From Malacoraja senta (Eukaryota), in the NCBI GenBank assembly GCA_038087875.1, contig CM075993.1:558001-622000 (forward strand): DNA of 64,000 nt, in the 5' to 3' direction. How positions within the stretch are numbered: position 1 is the first letter of the stretch; each line of letters opens with the position of its first letter. The notes below the pieces were generated by a model. It saw only the letters and a list, made by a program, of their open reading frames with translations, had not been told where the DNA came from and made no database searches. Below are positions 1 to 11,650 of the stretch, in pieces. Both the position numbers and the translations under genes were made by a program.

Positions 1-1094
1 TGTTGTCACCACCAGATTTTTGGTGGGTTTTCTTGTCTATAGGGAACCTTGGTAAGGCTGCCAACATGAAACTGTTGAATACATCGGCACCAAATTAATT
101 AATGAGTGTGAGAGAGAGCCTGAAGTTGGGGTGCATGTCTGAAAATCTGCTTTTCTTTTCAATGTTGTTTGTTCAGAGTCAGTTATAGGCCCCTCTAGAA
201 CTCACTCATTCATCCAGCATTAGCTCTTGTTTTCTTTGGAAACACATACATGCCTGTTGAACGATGCCAAGAGCTACAGGCTGTAAGCTTACAGCTTGGA
301 CACACAAGACTCTGTGTGCATGCAGCTAATGAAATGCCCCTTTAGAAACCAGTATGGAAAAAATTGCGTTTTGAGTTCTTTTTAAATGTTGGGTGTTAGT
401 GAAATAATAAAGTGCTATTTGTTTGAGATTGGCCAATGCAAATGACCTTCTGTACTTTAATAAAGCACTTAACCAGGCAAGCACCCGTCTCTGTGCTTTC
501 GATAGGTGAGAGGGACAGCTTGTTCATGACCATGGAAACAAGCGGGGCCCTCAGAATGTTGCATGTGAGGGAGGAATGTGTGGGCAGGCTGTAGCTGATG
601 GAAGGATAAACCATGGTTGGTCTGTGGAACGTTGCTTACACTGTACAACTGTTTGTCAATTGGAATCTTCCCAAAAAACATTTTCAATCGATGCAGATCT
701 GAAACAACTCATTACTTGCACTGTAATTAAAAAATAGTTTTGGAGATGTGTGCTGAGTTAGCTGATGGCATTATAAGACCGGGGATTCATCCAGAGTTCT
801 TGCTCTGAATACTTGGAAAGAGTTGTTGGATGGTTGCCGAGGACAGCAGCAGTCTCAGCTGTGATGGCCTCAATGATCGAATGACCGGTACTGATGAATA
901 GCAGTTTGGTGAGGCGCCAAGAAACCATTGGTTCTGGGCAGCGATGCTCCTGGGCAGCGCGCGGGAATTAACCCAAACTATTTTGGTCACTTTTCAGCGG
1001 ACCTCCGAATCAGCTCAGCACAGTAGCTGGTATTTATCTGATTTTAGAGTAAATAATATCATAGATTTTCCACTTGCATTATGCCTACACCAGT

Positions 1095-1290
1095 GTGTAG
1101 GAGGGAACTGCAGATGCTGGTTTACACCGAAGATAAACACAAAGTGCTGGAGTAACTCTGGGACAGTCACCATCTCCGGAGAGAAGAAATGGGTGTTGTT
1201 TCAGGTCAAGCATCACCCAAAACGTCGCCCATTCATTCTCTTCGGAGATGCTGCCCGTCTCGCTGAGTTACTCCAGCATTTTGCGTCTAT
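1095..1290. mobile_element. Miniature fold-back Penelope pLTR derivative
   Basis: Inverted arms of the pLTR motif (tgctggagtaactc...gagttactccagca). TSD tgccta(c/t)accagt at 1082-1094 and 1291-1303. Confidence 0.8.
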
Positions 1291-4200
1291 TGCCTATACC
1301 AGTTTAGATTGTTCAGTTTGTTATCAGCATCACAACATGAAAATCTAGCCTCGTGTTTAAAACAAGTTGGTGTATAACTTCCAGAGCAGGTAGTTAAAAG
1401 CAACGTATAAGCAGTTATCTCCTTCCCCAATACTCTCTTATCATTTTGTAGTTATTGACTTTTCTCAGAGGTGTAATTCCATAGACTGCAGAGATTGAAT
1501 TGGAAGGAGAATCCTGGTGTGCAGCCTGTTTGTTCAGCTGGGTGAGGGTTCTCGGCCCCTTTGTTTCATGGCATTGGGTGTGGGCTGGTGCAGAGAGAGA
1601 TGAGCACATGGTGTATGTTAATTGCTGACGGTTTGCGGAGGTTAGCTGTGCTGGTAACATGATGTATGCAGCTTTGTTCAGCACTAAGGGATTGTTTTGA
1701 ATGGAGAATGTATCTGGTGTGCTGGATTTTGTAGAGTCGGTCGGACTGTAACGTAAAGGTGTTCTGCAGCATTAATAGGTGTGCTAGAGTTGTGGGATTG
1801 TGTGGGGCATGGTGTATAGTTGCCATTCTTGGTGGATGATCTCCATCAGGGTATACATTTCTTACACTTAAATTCACGTATTGCGAACATTACCATGTCT
1901 TTACAGTGATCCCATTTCAGTTGATTGAACCCAGAGGGAGGAGATGGGGATTATTGGGGGTGGTGGTGGGGAATTGTGCTATATCTCTGTTGCTAATGCT
2001 TATGCCAAAGCAGAAGAACAAAACAAGGTCTGGCCAAACCGCATGTCAGTCTGAGGAACATTAGACCATTGGAAGCATAGTGCCTTAATGCTTACAGGAT
2101 ATAATACATTTGGGAAAGACCAGTTAGCTGATTGGGTGATGGTTTACAGTTCATAGTCTGCTCTTGATTTGTTTTATGAAAAAAATGTAGTTGTATATGT
2201 GTGGATTACAGTTTGCTTACCACTCAAATCAGTGTATTCAATGACGGTAACAAAAAGGTGGATCTTGCATGTAAACAAAGGTGCCTCTTGCATGTAAAGG
2301 TGGATCTTGCATGTAAACAGGGTGCTGCAGTGATGCATTTCCATGCACAGCACGAGCTCCTGCATGGAGTTCATGCTGGAGTTCTAGCCCAGTGTGCAAG
2401 TGTTGGGTCACTCTGAGTAACTGAGTCACCAACTGAGTAATAAACTGATTGAGACTCTACATTCACCAGTTGCACAAATTTCATGATGGCAGCTGCTTGT
2501 TTGAGAACCTCTTCCTTTGTGCACCATTGTGAAAGGCACACACTAGCCTCTGCCCTGCAGCCCTGCAATAGCCACCTGTTCTGCTACTTACCGTTCACAC
2601 ATCTGAGCCATACCCGCTGTTCACCCTGGGATTAAAAGGAGCCTGCAGCCTTGTTGCTCTGCTGGCTTCTTGGATGATAGATTCCCAGCTGACAAATGCA
2701 GAGAATCCGATCGTCGTAACCTAGTAACTACATCCATTGATGAGCTGACAGACCTAACCTTTGACCTGGTATCCTGGGAATATCTAGTGGTCCTTGAGTT
2801 TATAGCTGGCTTGTCATCTATTAGAGAGAGACAGGAACAGAACTCAAGCGATATAACCTATGTGAACCATGAACCTTGCCCTTTCAACTGAAGCAGAGCA
2901 CATTTGTAATATGAGAAAGAGCAGGATGGGATCCAGAGAGTGCCCCACAGCAACTCTCCCTCTGACCTCTACTCTGGAGCAGGCCTTGTGTGGAACATCT
3001 TTACTTTATTTGCATTACTTGTATTTTTAAGACTGTTTTGCTGAATTGATTAGGAGGAATGATTGCATTATTGACAGAAGGGATTAACTCGTTAAGGGAA
3101 AGGAGTTGCATCATTAATGAATTGGTTACACTCCTCGGGGGAGGGTTGGGGGGGATACACGTTTAATGGGAATGGATGGATGATTGAGGAAATAGTTTTC
3201 ATCAGAGGGGAGGGAACTACATTGCTACAGGATTTGGTTACAGTATTGGGAATGGGGCCCAGCGTTACTGGAATTGGTTATATCATTGGTTAAAAAGTTA
3301 CAGCGTTATGGGAATTGATTACAACTTTGAAGGTCGGCTTAAATTACTTGAGGGAAAAAGTTTCATCTTTGGGGGAAGGAGCAACATTTATTTCAGCGTG
3401 CAGGAAGGTACTTCTCATTGGGAAGTGGGTAAAGGAGGATAGCATTCATTCCGTCTGGCCTGCTTTGGGTGATCTGTGTGTCCAGTTACCTTACCTTGCT
3501 CCTAATTTCTTAACTAAACAGATAGTGGGTATATGGAACGGCTGTCAGACTGGATAGTTGAGTCAGGTACTTTAACAACATTTTGTAGCTAAATTGATTT
3601 CCCCTAACTCTCTTAAACTGGTATGCTGTAGTTCCCACCATCTGCCATCTCCACTTGTCCCCTCCCCACCCCCCTCCTTCCAACCTCACCTTTTAATGCT
3701 TTTACCCTTCTGTGACTGCAGCTCTTCGTATCACATGCAAGAAGACATGTCCATTTATGAGACTGAACAGTGCCTGTTGGTAAGGTGACAGCACAATGAG
3801 TTGTGATCGCTTGTATTTGCCTCTAGACTGTTGTTGCCAATGTATTGGTAGTCTGACTGTCATGATGGAGGCTGTATGACAATTGTCAGGGTTGACTGTT
3901 GCCCCTCCTTCCTCATGTTTAACACATAAGAATACAAGTAAGCTACCTGGCCTCTGAACTACCTGCCCCACCATTTAATCTGATCGTGGCTGATCCACCC
4001 CAGACCAAAACCTTGTTGTACCGGCTCCCCATTACTCTTTATTTTCTCATCTTTCAAATGTTTATGTATCTCCTCATTAAATGCCACCAGTGGCGTATTC
4101 TCCACAACCCTCTGGAATTCAGGGGATTCACCACCCTTTGCAGGAAGAAAATCATTCACACCACAGTTTAAAGGAACTGCCCTCCTTGTAACCGTGTTTC

Positions 4201-6424
4201 CTTGTTTAAGCCTCCCGCCAATGGCAACATCTCAACATCCACCCTGTCACCATCACTCAGGACCTCATGTTTCAATACTATCACTGTTCTAAACTTAAAG
4301 AATACAGATCTAAGCCCATGGCAATCTACTGGGGATATTCTTGTTTCAGTGCCAAGTGTTAATCAAAGTTTGAGTATTCTCAAATGCTTTCAATTCCATT
4401 GTTCCAATCCGAGTCTATGTGCTTGTTTTAATTGCTGAACTACTTCCCGATAGCACTCCTTCACACACATTGAACTCATTTCCCCCCTGTCCTTTTTTTG
4501 CCAGTTTAATTTGAATTGATTCCAGTTCAGCTTTTATATCCTGTTTATATCTTACTTATCTTTGTAAGATCCTTCTCCATGTGCCGTCTCAGTGCGGGAG
4601 TGCATCTGGGCAATCCTCCTGACACATGATGCTGTGACATTGGGCATCAGCCCTCTGCCTCTTTCTGTACCGCTCCCTCTATTGGAATGTGTGTACCTAA
4701 CTGAAACTGGAAGTACTCAGCAGGCCAGAGGTAATATTTCTGGTTGGAGATCTTTATTCTGACCCGTATTCTCTCTTCACAGAGGCTGCCTGACCTGTAG
4801 CATATTTTTAGAACATTATGTTTTTAATTTCAGATTTCCAGCATTTGCAGTTTTAACATTTTTTTTTAACCTTTCTTCGTATTTGAGGTAAGGGTCAAAG
4901 GAGATATTCCTGCAGTTATATTAAAGCCCATCGGCTCCTGCAGCCCAGGGTTAGTGAGGGGAAAAGAGTTCCTACTAATCTCAATCAGTTCAGAACAAGT
5001 GAGCATTGTTTGGGGATTGCAGTTTTCCCCCAAATACCCTCTTCCCCCCTGCCTGCATCTCACGATCACGTGTAAAGAATTAGAGCTAACGTCTGAAACT
5101 GAAGAGGAAAGAGCCATGAAATTCTGAGAGTGTTCTCTCTCTGTCTTTGTTTTTCTTTCTCCCTCTCGTTTCCCACTGTGCCTGCATTATTGGATCATGA
5201 CGGATGTGGACGTCCTGTGTTCATTGCTCATTTGTGTGGTGTGGATGTTTGTGCAGAGGCGGTGGGGTTTCGGAATGTGTTTGCCATTTGACCCCTTTTT
5301 CTGGAGGAGGGTATGGGAAGGGGCGAGATTAACAATCCTGTGCCTTCCTCATTAATGGAAGTGCGGAGCCAGTGAGAGGTGCAGATCACCAGGAACTGTT
5401 GCTGGGGGAAGGGTTGCGCTGGCAAGGCTTTGGTTAATTTAGTGTTTTCTTCAGTGCTGCACAGCAGAACGTCATACATTATTAATAATTCTGAGAACTC
5501 TGGTCTCTGGAGCTGTTTAGCCTCCAGCATGTAGGTTGTGGATATTTGAAAAGTGAAAGTTATGATTTAAGTTGCAAACTGGTATTGTTGTTCATGGCAG
5601 TTGGGGTCTTGTTTGCTGGGTGATTTTTTACCAGGGCAGAGGGGGTTGATATATAGCAGGGAATTGTATGACCTTAGCTATTGGTGATAAGGAGGTGATC
5701 AGGGTTAAGGTTGGTGGTAGGTAGTGTAGCTGTTTCAAAGCTTTAGGGACCCAGATTCAATTCTGACCTCGGATGCTGCCAGTGTGGAGTTTGCACAATT
5801 TTCCTGTGATCTTGTGGGTATCCCCATGTGCTCCGACTTCTTGCATTCCAAAGATGGGCTGGCTGATGAAGCAATTGGCCATTGTAAATTACCACAACTG
5901 TAGATGGGGAGTGGGAAAATCAGGGGAGTTAATAGGCATGTGGATAACAATAGGTGACGGGGAACTAGGCAATGGAACAGGGTTGCTTGGTCGCTTCAAG
6001 AGCTACGGAAATTCAGTGAGCCGATTGGCTTCTTTCTCTGTTGTAAAGAAATATCTGAAAATAACATTAAGATGCAAATCTTAATAGGATGTGCAGAACC
6101 TGGGGGAGAGTCCAGAGCAAGACAGCACAACATTTAATGTGAGGACCAGAGCATTGGGGATGAGGAGTGCAAAATCCCCAGAAACTCTACAGTAGGTATC
6201 ACATGTATGTTTCCCAACAGGAATGCAATGATATATCTAAGATAAAGAAATTGGGTTATGAACATGCACTAAGGATATATTAGGGGCTTTAGAACCATAG
6301 TGGAGTAGATGCAGTTAAGATACAGATCAGCCATAGTCTGATTAAATGATGGAACTTGTCCAAAGGGCCACTTTCTGTTCGCAAAGTGTGCCTTTGGAAG
6401 TGTGACAGGAAGGCAGTGGTTTCT

Positions 6425-6521
6425 TCCGAAGGTAGACACAAAATGCTGGAGTAACTCAGCGGGACAGGCAGCATCTCTGTCTATGTTCGATTTAAACCAG
6501 CATCTGCAGTTCTTTCCTACA
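6425..6521. mobile_element. Miniature Penelope pLTR derivative (inverted piece plus tail)
   Basis: pLTR minus-strand piece joined to the plus-strand tail ...aaccagcatctgcagttctttcctacac. TSD cagtggtt(t/c)ct at 6414-6424 and 6522-6532. Confidence 0.75.
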
Positions 6522-6674
6522 CAGTGGTTCCTATCTGTGACTTCACTAAAGTTGGTTGTTGCTGATACAGGAACAAAAATAACCCATTCAGCCCTTTTAC
6601 ACTTCCCCACCATTCAATTAGATCATAGCTGATCTATATTTCAGCTCCATTTATCTTCCTGAATCCTCCATCTC

Positions 6675-6765
6675 TAAAGAAGGGTCTCGACCCGAAATGT
6701 CATCCATTCCTTCTCTCTAGAGATGCTGCCTGTCCCGCTGAGTTATTCCAGTTTTTTTTTGTCTC
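6675..6765 (+). mobile_element. Short Penelope pLTR fragment with degenerate hammerhead core
   Basis: ctaaagaagggtctcgacccgaaatgtc...gagttattccag. TSD tcctccatctc at 6664-6674 and 6766-6776. Confidence 0.8.
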
Positions 6766-8154
6766 TCCTCCATCTCATATAGACAATAGACAATAGACAA
6801 TAGGTGGAGGAGTAGGCCACAGAGTCGCCACTCTCTGTGAGAAAAAGTGTTTCCTCATCTCCGTTCTAAATGGCTTGTATCTAATCTATGGCTCTAATAT
6901 CCCTTGGTTCCCTTAGCTACTTTAATTTCCAAAGCCATATTTGTCTGAGGATCCACAGCCTTTTGGAGAGAATTCCAAACTTCTGTCCAATCATAAAACT
7001 GCTTCAAGATGTCCTTCCGAATGGCCAAATAATAATCTTCAAATGATGTCCCCTAATCCCTGCGTTCTCTACCAGGGGGAGTGATTTATGTGTATTTGCC
7101 CTGTAAATTATTTTAACTTTTCACCACCTTGATCAAGTCAGCTTTCAAACTCTGACATTTAAAGGATTACAATTTAAGACAATTAGTCCTAATAAGCATA
7201 TATATTTGTTACCATCAAGAAGATATTCCACTTTTATATTCCCAGAGCTCCATATGCTGTGGTTCACATACATGTTTTAACCTGCATGCCTTGTCTTATT
7301 GTAATAAGTTAGTGTTATCCACAGATCCTGATGTAGCATTTCAGGTCAAGGCCCTTCTGAAGAAAGGCCCTGACGAAACGTTGTCTGTAGAATTCCCTCC
7401 ACAGATGCTGATTGACTCATGGAGTTCCTCCAGCAGTTTCTTTTTACATGTACTGGTACTAGAATCTCTTTTATTTGTGATATATAAAAATGACTTGGAT
7501 GATAATGTAGATGGGTTGGTTAGTAAGTTTGCAGATGATGTCTAGGTGTCTATGAGGCTTTGGGATATGCAGGGGTGGAGGGATATGGACAGGAGACGAG
7601 TTTAACCTGGCATCATGTTCAGCATGGACATTATGCGCCACAGGACCTGTTCCTATGCTAACCTGTTCTATGCTCTGATATATTCTGTATCCCATCTGAG
7701 ACTGGAGAAATGCTTCTGCTGTCAGATTCCTTTGCGACTGTGATTAAGCTGCACGTAGCAGCTGGGACAATGTATTGAGGCTCTCCGCCCTGTGATTTCG
7801 TTTTTAATTAAAATGAAATGCATTTCCTCTCAATTCCACTGGCAGCTTCCCAGCTCAGTTGGTTAACTCTGGGCTATGATTACTGAGCTATATTTTAACT
7901 CCTGCCTGATAAGAGATCATCGGTGTAATTAAGCTCTGTTGATCAGCAGTTAGCTGGAGCAGACCGCAGTGTCGATACCCCTTTGGATTCTCTTCTGTGT
8001 GACTGCTGCGCTACAATTTCTGACGCCAGTGCCCACTTGGTTCCTCCTCTCACGGTTTGAAGGATAATCATGAGCTTGCAAACTCTAAACAGCCTTGCAT
8101 ATGGACTGGCGATCTTAATTATGAGTTAGATCATAGTTAGACAGTGCCACTTAA

Positions 8155-8647
8155 GGGTCTGTCCCATGAGTATGCGACTGCATGCGGCAAGCGCGACCTA
8201 ACGTGGTCGCTTGAGCCGTACAGCCTCGCGGGGCCGGTCCCACTTCGATCGCCGGAGCAGTATGGAGTTGTGCGGAGCTGGTCCCAACATCGCGCGGTGC
8301 TCCGAAAAACTGACACTGTTCAAAAATTCCGCGCGGCAACGGCCTGCCGGTCCGCAGCCGCCTCGGCGCCGTACACACCGCCTCGATGGGCTGCGCAGCG
8401 TCTCGATGCCGTACGCAGCGTCTTGACGCCGTACATCACGCGCGAACTTCCCGCGGACTTCGCTCGAACTTCACGTCACTCACTCGACCTCCGCGCGGCC
8501 CCCGCTTCCGGTTTGGTCGCGCTCGCCGCATGCAGTCGCATGCTGGTGGGACAGGCCCTGTACGGGGATCACTCGACCGCCGCGCGGCCCCCGCTTCCGG
8601 TTTGGTCGCGCTTGCCGCATGCAATCGCATGCTCGTGGGACAGGCCC
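8155..8647. mobile_element. CpG-rich non-autonomous DNA transposon (MITE); superfamily unresolved (TTAA-type Kolobok/piggyBac, or PIF/Harbinger-like)
   Basis: TTAA|GGGTCTGTCCC...GGGACAGGCCC|TTAA with ~45-bp imperfect TIRs (tgcatgcggcaagcgcgacc / ggtcgcgcttgccgcatgca). GC and CpG content far above the flanks. Confidence 0.85.
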
Positions 8648-9203
8648 TTAACCTGCACTAATAACCTGCATACCTCTGAATTCCCTTAATATCTAAGTAT
8701 CTGTCAATCTCTCTTGAAATCACCTCTACAGTTTTGGGGGCAGAGAATTTCAAAGACTCACCACCATTGGGCAAAGACATCCCATCTCAATCCTGAATGG
8801 TTATTTTGTGACAATGGTTTCTGGTTTCAGCACCATAGTCAGGAGAAACATATTCAGCATCTGATCTGTCACACAACTCAAGCCCTTTGTATGTTTCAAT
8901 GATATGATCCATCAAACTTTGATACTCGGCAGAGTGCAGGCCCGGCCTGATTAGTCTCTCCATGTGGGACAAGTGCCCAACCCCATGTCCAGCCCCAAAA
9001 TCAACCTGATAACCCTCACTGCACTCCCTCAGTTGGAAGCATATCTTTCCTTAGTTGGGGAGACAAGACAATATTTCAGCTGCAGTCTCCTCAGGGCCTC
9101 ATGCAATTACAGTAACGTTTTTTATTCTTGCATTAAATGCCAAAATACCTTTTACCTTTTTCGGGAAGTTCAGTTGGTTGAATGTGAACTTGCATCTTTT
9201 TAT

Positions 9204-9411
9204 GTGTAAGAAAGAACTGCAGATGCTGTTTTAAATCGAAGATAGATACAAAATGCTGGAGTAACTCAGCGGGACAGGCAGTATCTCTGGAGAGAAGGAA
9301 TGGGTGACGTTTCTTCAGTTTGAAGAAGGGTCTCGGCCCGAAACGTCACCCATTCCTTTTCCCCAGAGATGCTGCCTGTCCCGCTGAGTTACTCCAGCAT
9401 TTTTGGTCTAC
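9204..9411. mobile_element. Miniature fold-back Penelope pLTR derivative
   Basis: Arms ~9244-9313 and ~9340-9410 are inverted. Perfect 15-bp TSD cttgcatctttttat at 9189-9203 and 9412-9426. Hammerhead-like core at 9320-9347 with a C-to-U change at the first core position. Confidence 0.88.
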
Positions 9412-10699
9412 CTTGCATCTTTTTATCCTGTGTGCTTTTGTCGTCTCTCAGACACGTCCCTCATGCATTCCTTAGCCCATTGCTTCTCTTGCTCTCACAA
9501 CCTCCCCACAACTTTGCCCAGTCCAGCATTCTCCCTCTGTCTCCTCCCTCTGCTTCCCTTGTCCTCTGATGAAGGATAGTGTACATTCACTCCACATTCT
9601 GATGGCTGATGAAACCAATGAAGGACCCACAGACTATGTATGGCTGGGGTAAAAACTGTTTTGTGAGCATTATTTAATATCTTCAATTGTCCACAGATAA
9701 TTGGTTGGTGTGATAAGGTATCTTACTTCAGGAGCCCAGTGTGAGGTATACAGACAACATGATCTCAGTGCTGAGAGTGTTAACCTGGGAGAGGATGGTG
9801 ACGTTGGTGCACTTAACCTGCCCGGAATAGAGAGAACTTCGCGCAGACTGCGTTGGTGTTATTTCTCTGGTGCTTTGAAGTGCATGCTGCAGTTAGACCA
9901 TATCTCAGGAGCACACACAAGCAAGGGACCACTACTCCCCAGTAGAACACTACCCCTCTACACCTCCTCCAGTGGCTGAAGAGCTGCTCCCCAAATTGTG
10001 GTAAACATTCCCTCCATTTACAAACACACACTTTCTCCATGCCACTTGATTAAGAGAAATAAATGGAGCAGCATCAATGACTATTAAAGATGTTTTTTGA
10101 TTTGTAAAACTCTTTGACTCCAATGTACAATGGGGCATCCTTCCCAAATTTGGCCTTCTGCAGAAATTCAACTCCATCCTACATTTGTTTCATGATGGCA
10201 CGCAGCCCAGATCTTACTGAACAGGTGCACAACAGACCCTGGGCTCAGTGTAGACAGGTGGCAAGCTCGGCTGTGTCAGCACCCTAACAATCTTCTCAAT
10301 CTTCCTCACCCGTAGAGTTAACCAAGATAGGAAACGCATGGCTAAGGGGATAAAGAATGATGCTGATAGTATTGGAGGGGAGGATTCTTCAGTGGAGCAT
10401 AAACATTGACATAGGCTGGTCGGGTTGAATGTGTGTGCTGGGTATTCTGTGTAATTAGCTCTGTAGATGTCCATTGGGGCTTTAGTAATGGGATTAGACA
10501 TGCCTGCTGGACTGGAAGGCTTGAAATGGGAAAGATTTGAGAACTGTACCAGAGTGTTTGGAAGAGTAAAAGTGAACCACTGTCAGAACTGAAATCAAAT
10601 CCATTGGTTCGCCTGAAGGTCAGACATTGAGATAACGTGTTACTGTGGTATAACTACCCTGAATATCTCAGGAGTCTTACTCACAAATATGAACCTTTA

Positions 10700-11650
10700 T
10701 TAAACACTGGTCCAGATGAAATGGAATATTCTGGTAGATTTTTGGGAAGATTGTGGAGGCATGAGGGAGGATTCAGAAAAGATCTTGTGAGGATAGTTAC
10801 AAGGATGAGGGGCTGCAGTTACATGAATAGGTTAAAGAAGCTGTTTTCTTTAGAAAGGTGGCTGAAAGGAGATGATGGGAATACATAAAATGATGAGGAG
10901 TTTGGACACATAGTGGATAGTGGCTGTTCACTAGGGATAAAGAAAAGGGAGAAAGAATTAAGAATGACATAATGAAAAACCTTTTTATGTGATGTATGGT
11001 TGAAATTGCACCGTAGGTTTGAGTGTGGACTTCAAGAGAGATCAGATAAAATGTGGTGGAGAAATATCTGCCGAGTGAGAAGGGAGGTGTGTGGAATAAG
11101 AGAGTTGCTCAGGCAAAGAGCAGGTGTGAATTCTCTGGGTCAGTGTTCTCCTGTATGCTGCAATCATGCTGTGATTCTGCATGAACATATCATGGGTGAA
11201 GTTAACATCAGTCAGGGAGTCATTGAGTCAAGCTGCACAGAAACATGCTCTTCAGCTCAGCTCGTCAAGACCATGCCAACTTCTCTAATCCCATCTGCCC
11301 ACATTAGGTCTGTACCCTACTATGGATATAAGTGGCTGTCTAGGTACATTAAACATAGTGATAATATCTAATTCCACCACCTCTTCTGGCAATGGGCTCC
11401 AGATATCAATGACTCTGTGGGAGAAAAAATGTACCCCTAAATTCCCTGAAAACTCCTTCTTCTCACCTTAAACCTATGCCGTTTTGTTATTGATATGTTT
11501 ATTGTGCAAAATAGATTATCTATGTCTTATAATTTTAAAGACCTCTATCAGGTCACCCATCACCCTCAGCTCCAGGGAAAACAAACCTAGCCTATCCAAC
11601 TCCTCACAACTAAAGTCTTCTAATCAAGGGAACGTGGTGGTGAATGTCCT
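10700..11650. mobile_element. Two old CR1-like LINE 3' fragments in opposite orientation (~10700-11170 +, ~11220-11650 -)
   Basis: Degenerate CR1 RT C-terminal motifs (RLKKLFSLE.W.LKGD; tctcaccttaaacctatgcc; ctccagggaaaacaaacctagcctatccaac). Boundaries approximate. Confidence 0.6.

Noticed and set aside
8144-8689. 181-aa and overlapping ORFs
   Set aside because: They arise from the GC-rich MITE (few stop codons); no recognisable domain.
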